64,000 bases of DNA from Christensenellaceae bacterium. GTDB lineage: Bacteria; Bacillota; Clostridia; Christensenellales; Borkfalkiaceae. The notes under the pieces were generated by a model. The model ran no database searches. It was not told the origin of the DNA and saw nothing but the letters and a program-made list of their open reading frames with translations. The DNA is taken from the NCBI GenBank assembly GCA_045653205.1, contig JAZOLT010000006.1:65943-129942 (forward strand), in the 5' to 3' direction. This document shows positions 17,110-26,329 of the stretch, piece by piece. Each line of letters begins with the position of its first letter. The stretch's first letter is position 1. Made by a program: the position numbers and the translations under genes.

Positions 17110-20100
17110 TTATTTCTTAAAATAATTTACAGCTGATTCAAACATCTTCATATCGAATTCACCAATAACGTTTTTATATAAACCATTACCGATTCTTTCG
17201 CTATGTCCCATTTTACCAAACACTCTACCGTCTGGCGAAGTTATACCCTCAATAGCATAAATAGAGCCGTTAGGATTAAACCTAATATCATCGGTTGCTC
17301 TACCGTCTAGGTCAACATATTGGGTTGCTATTTGACCATTTTTAGCAAGTTCTAAAATAGTTTTTTCATCAGATAAAAATCTTCCCTCTCCGTGTGAGAT
17401 TGGAACTGTATATACGTCCCCAACGTTTGTATTTGCAAGCCAAGGCGACTTGTTCGAAGCAATTCTTATTCTAACTAGCTTAGATTGGTGACGTGCAATA
17501 GTGTTAAAGGTTAAGGTAGGCGTGTTTTCATCAGCATCTATAATCTTGCCGTATGGAACTAAGCCTAGTTTAACTAATGCTTGAAATCCATTACAAATAC
17601 CACACATTAAACCGTCACGCTTATCTAAAAGATTGTGAACCTCTTCTTTTATCATTTGGTTTTTAAAGAAAGCTAAAATAAATTTACCAGAACCGTCTGG
17701 CTCGTCACCACCAGAGAAACCACCTGGAACAAAAACCATTTGTGCTGTCTTTAGTTTGTTTGCAAAGTCCTCAACACTCTTTGCAATACTACTTGCAGTA
17801 AGGTTGTTTATAACAAATATTTCAGCTTCTGCGCCTGCATCACGCATAACCTTTGCAGAATCAAACTCACAGTTTGTTCCAGGGAATACGGGAATTAAAA
17901 CCTTTGGCTTCGCAACCTTAATTGCAGGCGATACCCTTGAACTAAATTCAGAAGAGAGGTTTGTAATTACCTTAGAGGGCTTTTCTGCCACGGGGTATAC
18001 GCTCTCTAATTTTCCTTCGTATAAATCTATTAGTTTAGAAAGCTCTATTGCTTGAGAATTTAAGCAAATTGTTTGCTCTTCTGTAACGTAGCCTAGCAAT
18101 TCTCCCTCAACGTCACTGTCAACCTCAAGAATAAATGCGCCATAGTTATACTTAAATAAATCGTTAACTTGAACGTTATCGCTAAATTTAAATCCTAATC
18201 TATCGCCTAAGCACATCTTTAGAACGCCTTCAGCAAATCCACCATAAGTAGCTGTCCAGCAAGAATGTGCCTTTCCTTGACGAATAAGAGATGTTACTTT
18301 ATTAAAGCAATCAAATAAAGAAGTTGTTTCTGGCAATCTGTTTTCATCGTATTCAGGACGAATTACTATAACCTTATTACCAGCTTTTTTGAAGTGATTA
18401 GATAATACCTCATCAGTTTTACCGGTTGTAACAGCAAAAGAAACAAGTGTTGGTGGAACGTCTAAATCCTCAAACGAACCACTCATAGAGACTTTACCAC
18501 CTATAGAGCCTATACCTAAGTTCATTTGTGCCTTAAATGCACCAAGCAATGCAGCTAGAGGCTTACCCCAACGCTTGCCATCGTTATTAGGCTTCTCAAA
18601 ATATTCTTGGAAAGTTAAATAAGTATCTTCTATCGAAGCACCACTTGCAATTAGCTTTGCTACGCTTTCAATAACCGCTAAATATGCACCGTGATATGGA
18701 CTCTTTTCGGTTATAAATGGATTGTAGCCCCAAGACATAAACGAACAAGCGTCGGTATGCTTTTTCTCAACCGAAATCTTATGCACCATTGCTTGAATGG
18801 GGGTCGCTTGATATTTTCCACCAAATGGCATCAATACCGTGCCTGCACCAATAGTAGAGTCAAAACGTTCTACCAATCCCCTCTTCGAGCAAACGTTTAA
18901 ATCACTTGCAAGGTCAGTATATCCCTTAACAAAGTCTGTTACTTCTTCCTTTTTATAGCAAGATGGTTTAGCTGGCGTAATATTAACGTGCTTTTCTGCG
19001 CCATTAGAATTTAAGAATTCTCTTGAAATATCAACAATTACATTGCCGTTCCAAGTCATTTTTAGTCTTGGCTCTTCGGTAACCTTAGCAATAATCGCTG
19101 CTTCTAAGATGGCTAAGGATGCAAGGTCCATAAACGCATCCGCATCCTTTGCCTCAACCACAACAGCCATACGCTCCTGCGATTCACTAATAGCAAGCTC
19201 CGTTCCATCTAATCCATCGTATTTTTTAGGAACTTTATCTAAATTTATATCAAGTCCGTCAGCAAGCTCGCCTACTGCAACAGAAACACCGCCTGCACCA
19301 AAGTCGTTACAACGCTTAATCATTTTGCAAGCATCGGCATTTCTAAATAATCTTTGTAATTTTCTTTCCTCTGGGGCATTTCCCTTTTGAACCTCTGCTC
19401 CACAAGATTCTAATGAAGATAGAGTGTGCTTTTTAGAAGAACCTGTTGCACCACCACAACCGTCTCTACCAGTTCTGCCACCTAACAAGATTACAACGTC
19501 ACCGTCTGCAGGGCGTTCTCTACGAACGTTTTCAGCAGGTGCAGCTGCGATAACAGCACCTATTTCCATTCTCTTAGCTGTGTATCCCTTGTGGTAAATT
19601 TCATCTACCATACCCGTTGCAAGACCAATTTGGTTACCATATGAAGAGTAACCAGCCGCAGCAGTTTGAACAATTTTACGTTGTGGTAGCTTACCCTCTA
19701 TTGTTTCTGATACAGGAGTTAATGGGTCACCAGCACCTGTAACACGCATGGCTGCGTAAACGTAAGACCTTCCAGATAATGGGTCACGAATAGCACCACC
19801 AATACAGGTTGCTGCACCACCAAAAGGCTCGATTTCAGTAGGATGGTTATGTGTTTCGTTTTTAAATAACAATAACCAAGGCTCTTTTTTGCCATCAACT
19901 TCAATCTCAATCTTTACTGTGCAAGCATTTATTTCTTCCGACTCATCAAGCTTAGCAAGTTTACCCTCTTTCTTTAAGTGGCGAACAGCAAGCGTTGCTA
20001 CGTCCATTAAATTTATGGGCTTTGTTCTTCCTAATGCTTTCCTAGTTTGTAAATATTCATTATACGTTTCTTCTAAAAGCTTATCTTCAAACTTAACGCT

Positions 20101-20796
20101 GTCAATAGTAGTTAAAAAAGTTGTATGACGGCAGTGGTCTGACCAATAAGTATCAATCATACGAATTTCAGTAATGGTAGGATTGCGTTTTTCGCTTACA
20201 AAATAGTCACGGCAAAAACGTATGTCGTCTAAATCCATTGCTAAACCGTATTTTTTAATAAATTCACTTAAACCCTTTTCATCTAAATCGCAAAAGCCCT
20301 CTAATGTTTCAACAGAGGTAGGAATATCGTAGTTTGTTGCAAGGGTTTTGGGAAGCTCTAAAGAAGCTTCTCTTGCTTCAACAGGATTGATAACGAATTT
20401 TTTAATAGCATATATATCTTCAACTGTTAAATCGCCTTCTAAAACGTAGACTTTAGCCGTTCTAATTAAAGGACGGTCTTTACAAGATATAATTTGAATG
20501 CACTGAGCAGCAGAATCTGCACGCTGGTCAAACTGACCAGGCAAATATTCCACAGCAAAAACAGTGTTATCACCAGCTTCAAGCTCAAACGATACAATAT
20601 CTAACTGAGGCTCTGAAAAAACTGTTTTAATGCAGTTTTCTAATAAGTCAGAAGCAATATTTTCAACGTCATAACGATTGATTATCCTAACTTTTTTAAG
20701 GTTTTTTATATTTAATAACGTAGTAAGTTCATTATAAAGAGATTTTGCCTCGTATGCTAATTCATCCTTTTTCTCAACAAAAATTCTATATACCAT
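17110..20796 (-). CDS. purL: Phosphoribosylformylglycinamidine synthase, large single-chain type
   Basis: 1228 aa. Contains the FGAM synthetase core (NHPTEIEPFGGAATCIGGAIRD, GGRTGRDG) and a C-terminal triad glutaminase (GICNGFQ, HGEG). Confidence 0.95.
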   Translation of the reverse strand: MVYRIFVEKKDELAYEAKSLYNELTTLLNIKNLKKVRIINRYDVENIASDLLENCIKTVFSEPQLDIVSFELEAGDNTVFAVEYLPGQFDQRADSAAQCIQIISCKDRPLIRTAKVYVLEGDLTVEDIYAIKKFVINPVEAREASLELPKTLATNYDIPTSVETLEGFCDLDEKGLSEFIKKYGLAMDLDDIRFCRDYFVSEKRNPTITEIRMIDTYWSDHCRHTTFLTTIDSVKFEDKLLEETYNEYLQTRKALGRTKPINLMDVATLAVRHLKKEGKLAKLDESEEINACTVKIEIEVDGKKEPWLLLFKNETHNHPTEIEPFGGAATCIGGAIRDPLSGRSYVYAAMRVTGAGDPLTPVSETIEGKLPQRKIVQTAAAGYSSYGNQIGLATGMVDEIYHKGYTAKRMEIGAVIAAAPAENVRRERPADGDVVILLGGRTGRDGCGGATGSSKKHTLSSLESCGAEVQKGNAPEERKLQRLFRNADACKMIKRCNDFGAGGVSVAVGELADGLDINLDKVPKKYDGLDGTELAISESQERMAVVVEAKDADAFMDLASLAILEAAIIAKVTEEPRLKMTWNGNVIVDISREFLNSNGAEKHVNITPAKPSCYKKEEVTDFVKGYTDLASDLNVCSKRGLVERFDSTIGAGTVLMPFGGKYQATPIQAMVHKISVEKKHTDACSFMSWGYNPFITEKSPYHGAYLAVIESVAKLIASGASIEDTYLTFQEYFEKPNNDGKRWGKPLAALLGAFKAQMNLGIGSIGGKVSMSGSFEDLDVPPTLVSFAVTTGKTDEVLSNHFKKAGNKVIVIRPEYDENRLPETTSLFDCFNKVTSLIRQGKAHSCWTATYGGFAEGVLKMCLGDRLGFKFSDNVQVNDLFKYNYGAFILEVDSDVEGELLGYVTEEQTICLNSQAIELSKLIDLYEGKLESVYPVAEKPSKVITNLSSEFSSRVSPAIKVAKPKVLIPVFPGTNCEFDSAKVMRDAGAEAEIFVINNLTASSIAKSVEDFANKLKTAQMVFVPGGFSGGDEPDGSGKFILAFFKNQMIKEEVHNLLDKRDGLMCGICNGFQALVKLGLVPYGKIIDADENTPTLTFNTIARHQSKLVRIRIASNKSPWLANTNVGDVYTVPISHGEGRFLSDEKTILELAKNGQIATQYVDLDGRATDDIRFNPNGSIYAIEGITSPDGRVFGKMGHSERIGNGLYKNVIGEFDMKMFESAVNYFKK

Positions 20797-22070
20797 TATC
20801 TATCCTCCATAAGAACGCTCAATGCCTTTTTGCCTATATCTTTTCGATAGAAAGCATTATCAAAAGAAACCTTTTCAACCCTTTCATATGCTTTCTTTAC
20901 TGCGTCAGTTAAATCAAATGAAACTGCCGTTACATTCAATACTCTTCCACCAGAAGTAACAAGTTCACCGTTTGATAAACTAGCACCTGCAACGTAAACA
21001 AAATCTTTTTCAGATTCTGGAATATCAATCTTAAATCCTTTATCATATTTTTGTGGATACCCTTTCGATGCCATAACAACACAGCAAGCGCCACCCTTTT
21101 CAAATTCAACTTCGGTTTGTTCTAAAGTTCCATTAGTAGTAGCTTGCATAATCGTTAATAAATCACTTTTTAGAAGTGGCAAAACAACTTGTGTTTCTGG
21201 GTCGCCAAATCTACAATTATATTCGATTACTTTAGGGCCTTTAGGTGTAAGCATTAGTCCAAAATACAAGCAACCCTTAAAAGTTCTACCCTCTCTATTC
21301 ATTGCATTTATAGTAGGAATGAATATTTTTTCCATACATTCCTTTGCAACGTTCTCGGTATAAAACGGATTAGGTGCAATTGTTCCCATACCACCTGTGT
21401 TTAATCCCTTGTCCCCATCTAAAGCACGCTTGTGGTCCATAGATGAAACCATGGGTTTAACACACTTTCCATCTGTAAAAGCAAGCACTGAAACCTCTGG
21501 GCCTGTAAGGAACTCCTCTATAACAACGTTATCTCCACTAGCACCAAAAACCTTGTCACTCATCATTGAATGAACGGCTGAAACAGCTTGGTCATAATCT
21601 TCTGCAATTATAACACCCTTTCCAAGTGCTAAACCGTCTGCTTTAATAACAATTGGCATATCAACAGTCTTCAGATATTCAATTGCATCGCTTTCATTGT
21701 CAAAAATTTCATACTCGGCAGTAGGAATATTATACTTTTTCATTAAATTCTTAGAAAAAGCTTTGCTACCCTCAATTATTGCTGCTTTCTTGTTTGGTCC
21801 AAAACAAGAAACACCAACTTCGTTTAATGCGTCAACGACACCTAACACCAAAGGGTCATCAGGCGTAACTACTGCATAATCAATTTTATTTTCAAGTGCA
21901 AACTTAACTATATTTTCTTTATCCTTTGCACCAATATCTACACAAGTTGCATCTAAAGCAATGCCTCCATTACCAGGCAAAGCATAAATAGCTTCTATCG
22001 TAGGGTTTTTCTTCAAGCATTTGATAACGGCGTGTTCTCTTCCACCACCGCCTATCACCATAATTCGCAT
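20796..22070 (-). CDS. purD: Phosphoribosylamine--glycine ligase
   Basis: MRIMVIGGGGREHA and an ATP-grasp core; the ATG overlaps the purL start region (shared nucleotide at 20796). Confidence 0.95.
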   Translation of the reverse strand: MRIMVIGGGGREHAVIKCLKKNPTIEAIYALPGNGGIALDATCVDIGAKDKENIVKFALENKIDYAVVTPDDPLVLGVVDALNEVGVSCFGPNKKAAIIEGSKAFSKNLMKKYNIPTAEYEIFDNESDAIEYLKTVDMPIVIKADGLALGKGVIIAEDYDQAVSAVHSMMSDKVFGASGDNVVIEEFLTGPEVSVLAFTDGKCVKPMVSSMDHKRALDGDKGLNTGGMGTIAPNPFYTENVAKECMEKIFIPTINAMNREGRTFKGCLYFGLMLTPKGPKVIEYNCRFGDPETQVVLPLLKSDLLTIMQATTNGTLEQTEVEFEKGGACCVVMASKGYPQKYDKGFKIDIPESEKDFVYVAGASLSNGELVTSGGRVLNVTAVSFDLTDAVKKAYERVEKVSFDNAFYRKDIGKKALSVLMEDR

Positions 22071-22086
22071 AAATCTCTCCTAAATC

Positions 22087-23271
22087 TTAGTGATGGAATA
22101 ATCTCATTCCTGTAAATGCCATTGTAATTCCAAGCTCGTTACAGCATTCAATTACAGCATCGTCACGAATAGAACCACCGGGTTGTGCAATGTATCTAGC
22201 ACCACTCTTTCTTGCTCTTTGAACGTTGTCGTAGAATGGGAAGAAAGCATCGCTACCTAAAGCAACTTGGTCAACTGTGTCTAAATATTCACGCATTTCC
22301 TTTTCCGTAAATGGTTCAGGTTGCTTTGTAAAATATTTTTGCCATACACCGTCAGCACATACGTCTTCTTCGTTCTTGTTTATATAACCATCAACAACGT
22401 TATCTCTGTCAGGACGCTTAATATCAGCCCTAAATGGTAAATTTAACACCTTATCGTGTTGACGAAGCCACCAAGTATCAGCCTTTCCACCAGCAAGTCT
22501 TGTGCAGTGAATTCTAGATTGCTGACCTGCTCCAACGCCAATCGCTTGTCCATCAACAGCATAGCAAACTGAATTTGATTGAGTATACTTTAAGGTAATT
22601 AAAGCTACCACCAAATCACGTTTTGCACTTTCAGGTAGATTTTTTGTGTTTGTAACAATATTTGTTAAAATGCTTTCGTCAATTTTATAATTGTTTCTGC
22701 CCTGTTCAAAGGTAACACCGAAAACATGTTTCCTTTCAGTTTCAGCAGGAATATAATTTGGGTCAATTTTAACTATGTTGTAAGCACCCTTTCTCTTTGC
22801 TTTTAGTATTTCAAGCGCCTCAGGCTCGTATCCAGGAGCAATAACACCGTCAGAAACCTCTCTTGCAATAAGTTTAGCAGTTGTTACGTCACAAACGTCA
22901 GAAAGTGACACCCAATCGCCAAACGAACACATTCTATCAGCACCCCTTGCTCTAGCATAAGCACAAGCAAGTAGCGAATCATCTAAACCTTCAATATCAT
23001 CAACAAAACAAGCTTTCTTTAGCTTGTCAGAAAGTTTTACACCAACCGCAGCACTTGTTGGAGAAACGTGCTTAAAAGAGGTAGCAGCAGGAAGACCTAA
23101 TGCAGTTTTTAATTCTTTAACTAATTGCCAACCATTTAATGCGTCTAGAAAATTTATGTAACCGGGACGGCCGTTTAATATTTCAACGGGAAGCTCTCTT
23201 CCATCATCAATATATATCTTAGAAGGCTTTTGGTTTGGATTACACCCATATTTTAATTCGTATTCTTTCAT
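22087..23271 (-). CDS. purH: AICAR formyltransferase (AICARFT domain only; no MGS-like IMP cyclohydrolase domain)
   Basis: 394 aa. The C-terminal ...GSIRDDAVIECCNELGITMAFTGMRLFHH is typical of the PurH AICARFT domain. The N-terminal IMPCH domain of bifunctional PurH is absent. Confidence 0.85.
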   Translation of the reverse strand: MKEYELKYGCNPNQKPSKIYIDDGRELPVEILNGRPGYINFLDALNGWQLVKELKTALGLPAATSFKHVSPTSAAVGVKLSDKLKKACFVDDIEGLDDSLLACAYARARGADRMCSFGDWVSLSDVCDVTTAKLIAREVSDGVIAPGYEPEALEILKAKRKGAYNIVKIDPNYIPAETERKHVFGVTFEQGRNNYKIDESILTNIVTNTKNLPESAKRDLVVALITLKYTQSNSVCYAVDGQAIGVGAGQQSRIHCTRLAGGKADTWWLRQHDKVLNLPFRADIKRPDRDNVVDGYINKNEEDVCADGVWQKYFTKQPEPFTEKEMREYLDTVDQVALGSDAFFPFYDNVQRARKSGARYIAQPGGSIRDDAVIECCNELGITMAFTGMRLFHH

Positions 23272-23282
23272 TTTACACCTGC

Positions 23283-24002
23283 CTATTTATTCTTATTTAT
23301 TAACTTATTAGTAACTTTTCCGCTCTCTAGGTCAACATATCTAACGTAAAGGGAAATTTTGTTTTCTTCATTTAAAGCATTCCAAATTGTATTTGTAAAT
23401 TCGTTAATATCGTTCGGAATTGAAACTCTTTCTGGCTCGCCTAAAAAGGTTGGTAACGGATTACCGTCGCAAACGTATGTGTGGATAAAATGACCTAAAC
23501 CATTAAGTGCAGGATATTCAAAGTTATATCGTGAACAAGCAGTGCCTTCTTTATCAGCACTCTTTAATATGTTCATTTGATATGTAAAATCCTTGTTGTC
23601 AAAGGTTAACATCGCACTAATTCTTGGTGTTAAGTTAGGATAATCAGGCTCAAACGCACGAGTCCTTAGAGATTTATAAAAACATCTTCCCTCTTTTAAT
23701 CCTTCGAAAACCGTATCCGTTTGGTCACCATTTGTAACAATAAGTTTATTTTCATACTCACGAAGTGCTGCGTATATTATTAGGCTTGGGTCTTCAACCT
23801 TACTAGCGTCAAAGGGTTCGGTAAACACAGCGCAGTCCTTTTCAACAAAAACACGATTGCGACTGTTGTTGCTTCTGCCCATAATAAAGTATGCTACTAC
23901 TGCATTCTTACCGTCTTCACTTTTTCCTACGATTATGCCTCTTCCAGCATAAGCATTATCTTTTAATAACTCGTCAATTTTATCAATCTTGTAAACGTCC
24001 AT
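23283..24002 (-). CDS. purO: IMP cyclohydrolase, archaeal PurO-like family
   Basis: YAGRGIIVGKSEDGKNAVVAYFIMGRSNNSRNRVF resembles the PurO N-terminal signature (Y.GR..VG...G...VAY...GRS..SRNR). It sits between purN and AICARFT. Confidence 0.7.
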   Translation of the reverse strand: MDVYKIDKIDELLKDNAYAGRGIIVGKSEDGKNAVVAYFIMGRSNNSRNRVFVEKDCAVFTEPFDASKVEDPSLIIYAALREYENKLIVTNGDQTDTVFEGLKEGRCFYKSLRTRAFEPDYPNLTPRISAMLTFDNKDFTYQMNILKSADKEGTACSRYNFEYPALNGLGHFIHTYVCDGNPLPTFLGEPERVSIPNDINEFTNTIWNALNEENKISLYVRYVDLESGKVTNKLINKNK

Positions 24003-24024
24003 CTTACACCACCATTAATTTTGT

Positions 24025-24627
24025 TTATTTTATAATTTCTGAACAAACCTTTTCTACTGCTTTGGGAAGTATTATCCATTCGGCTTGTTCCATAACTCTT
24101 TTTTGTAAAATTTCAGCCGTATCATTCTCTTGAATTTCCACAGCTTTTTGCATAATTATTTCTCCACCATCGGGAATTTCGTTAACAAAGTGAACGGTTG
24201 CACCCGTCACTTTAACGCCATACTTAAGTGCTTCTTCATGAACTTTCAATCCATAAAAACCCTTTCCACAAAACGAGGGAATTAACGAGGGATGCACGTT
24301 TATAATTCTATCAGCGTAGATTTTAGTAAAATATTCACTTAAAATACTCATAAACCCTGCAAGAACTATTAGTTCTATATCGTTTTCGTTTAGAATTTGT
24401 ATTATTTTTTGTTCAAATTCTAGCTGGCTTAGATAATCTCTTTTTAAAACAATCTCGCTTTTTATCCCTGAATTTTTTGCCCTTGTTAGTGCATATGCGT
24501 TAGCATTGTTTGAAACAACTAGTGCAATTTCTCCATTGTTTATAGTCCCGCTCTTTTGTGCATCTATAAGTGCTTGTAAGTTTGTTCCACCACCAGATAC
24601 TAAAACGGCAATTTTAACTTTATTCAA
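24025..24627 (-). CDS. purN: Phosphoribosylglycinamide formyltransferase
   Basis: IAVLVSGGGTNLQALID, NVHPSLIPSF.G, D..TGATVHFV. Confidence 0.95.
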   Translation of the reverse strand: MNKVKIAVLVSGGGTNLQALIDAQKSGTINNGEIALVVSNNANAYALTRAKNSGIKSEIVLKRDYLSQLEFEQKIIQILNENDIELIVLAGFMSILSEYFTKIYADRIINVHPSLIPSFCGKGFYGLKVHEEALKYGVKVTGATVHFVNEIPDGGEIIMQKAVEIQENDTAEILQKRVMEQAEWIILPKAVEKVCSEIIK

Positions 24628-25261
24628 CTTCTTTCTCCTTTTTCTTTAAGAGCATAAGGCAAGGTAACAATATTCCACCAATTGAGTTTCCAATTATTAC
24701 TATCCAAAGATAAATAAATGCTTCAAATGAAAAAATTCCAGATGCTCCAAAGTAGAATATATCTGCAATTGAGTGTTCATAGCCACTTAATATAAATACT
24801 GGGATTCCGAATAAAATTCCAACAATTGACTTTTGCTCTCTAAAAATACTAACTGCAAGATACATTAAAATTCCACAAAAGAATGCTCTAATTAACGTTT
24901 GAAATATTTCTTGTGTTAACTTTGCCTCGCAAATTAAGGTTGCGTATTCTCCACTGTCAGGTATTGCATATCTAATAGCTATTCCTAATAATACGGTAGC
25001 TATAAGGTTGCCAAGAAGCCCTATAAATAGTGTTGAAAAATCATGTATTTTGTGATTAAAAGGAATAAATCCAATTTTCCCAGTATACAAATTGTATCCC
25101 TTAATGCAAATACAAAGTAATGCTACTGCAAAGAAAATCGCACCTGCAATTTTATTTATTGGAGCTACGGCAAGGAATACTGCACCACCAATAGCTATCA
25201 GCACCCCCGCCATTATTCCATCAATAAAATCGTTTTTAACTGAAGTAAAAGATGTTTTCAT
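24620..25261 (-). CDS. Formate/nitrite transporter (FNT) family channel, short form
   Basis: 213 aa. FNT-like blocks are GIMAGVLIAIGGAVF, NLYTGK, LLGNLIATVL, SGYEHSIADIFYF and IIGNSIGGILL. It overlaps the purN start by 8 nt. Confidence 0.75.
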   Translation of the reverse strand: MKTSFTSVKNDFIDGIMAGVLIAIGGAVFLAVAPINKIAGAIFFAVALLCICIKGYNLYTGKIGFIPFNHKIHDFSTLFIGLLGNLIATVLLGIAIRYAIPDSGEYATLICEAKLTQEIFQTLIRAFFCGILMYLAVSIFREQKSIVGILFGIPVFILSGYEHSIADIFYFGASGIFSFEAFIYLWIVIIGNSIGGILLPCLMLLKKKEKEVE

Positions 25262-25272
25262 AATAAACTAGA

Positions 25273-26316
25273 TTATAAAATCTCGATTTTTTCGGCACTT
25301 TTTATAATCTTTCCAACAACGTAAGCATCCTCACCATTCTCTTTTAGAATATCAATTGCCTTATCAACGTCGCTAGCAGAAACAACTATGCTCATACCAA
25401 CACCCATATTAAAGGTGTTAAACATATCTCTTTCGTCAATATTTCCCTTTTGTTGTAATAGCTTAAATATTGGTAGAACCTTAACGTCTTTTCTATCAAT
25501 TACCACCCCTAAACCATCAGGGATAGAACGTGGCATATTCTCATAGAAACCACCACCTGTAATGTGTGAAATACCCTTAACCTTAACTTGTTCTAAAAGA
25601 GCAAGAACAGGCTTAACGTATATTTTGGTAGGCTCAAGCAATGCCTCGCCTAACGACTTACCATTTAACTCTGCAAGTGGCGTTTTAAGGTCTGCATTTT
25701 CCACGTCAAACACCTTTCTAACTAACGAAAAACCGTTAGAGTGAACACCAGAAGAAGGAAGAGCTATCATAACGTCCCCCTCTTCCATAGACGCTTTGTC
25801 CACAACCTTTTCTCTATCAACAATACCAACAGCAAAACCTGCTAAATCATATTCGTCGATAGGATAAAAACCGGGCATTTCAGCCGTTTCGCCACCTATT
25901 AGCTCTGCTCCTGAACGAACACAGCCCTCTGCTACACCACCAACGATGTCTGCAATCTTTTCAGGAACGTTTTTGCCACAAGCAATATAGTCTAAAAAGA
26001 ATAATGGTTTTGCACCACAACAAATAACGTCGTTAACACACATTGCAACACAGTCAATACCAACCGTATCGTGCTTGTCCATTAAGAATGCAAGCTTTAG
26101 CTTTGTTCCCACGCCGTCAGTTCCCGAAACAAGAACAGGCTTTTTATAGCCGGTTAAATCTAGAGAAAACAAGCCTCCGAATCCGCCTATATCGTTATCG
26201 TTAGCACCTGTAATAGTTCTAGCGATATGTTTTTTCATCAATTCTACTGCCTTATATCCAGCCGTAATATCAACGCCGGCTGCTGCATAACTGTCTGATT
26301 TAGATTTGTTACTCAT
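25273..26316 (-). CDS. purM: Phosphoribosylformylglycinamidine cyclo-ligase
   Basis: [27 protein letters not shown]. Confidence 0.95.
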   Translation of the reverse strand: MSNKSKSDSYAAAGVDITAGYKAVELMKKHIARTITGANDNDIGGFGGLFSLDLTGYKKPVLVSGTDGVGTKLKLAFLMDKHDTVGIDCVAMCVNDVICCGAKPLFFLDYIACGKNVPEKIADIVGGVAEGCVRSGAELIGGETAEMPGFYPIDEYDLAGFAVGIVDREKVVDKASMEEGDVMIALPSSGVHSNGFSLVRKVFDVENADLKTPLAELNGKSLGEALLEPTKIYVKPVLALLEQVKVKGISHITGGGFYENMPRSIPDGLGVVIDRKDVKVLPIFKLLQQKGNIDERDMFNTFNMGVGMSIVVSASDVDKAIDILKENGEDAYVVGKIIKSAEKIEIL

Positions 26317-26329
26317 ATTCTCTCCTTTT

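Noticed and set aside
19043-19390. 115-aa antisense ORF inside purL. Other antisense ORFs lie inside pur, prfA and prmC genes (e.g. 43284-43703, 44479-44760, 31281-31628).
   Set aside because: They are shadow ORFs opposite highly conserved coding sequence, with no start signals and no recognisable motifs.
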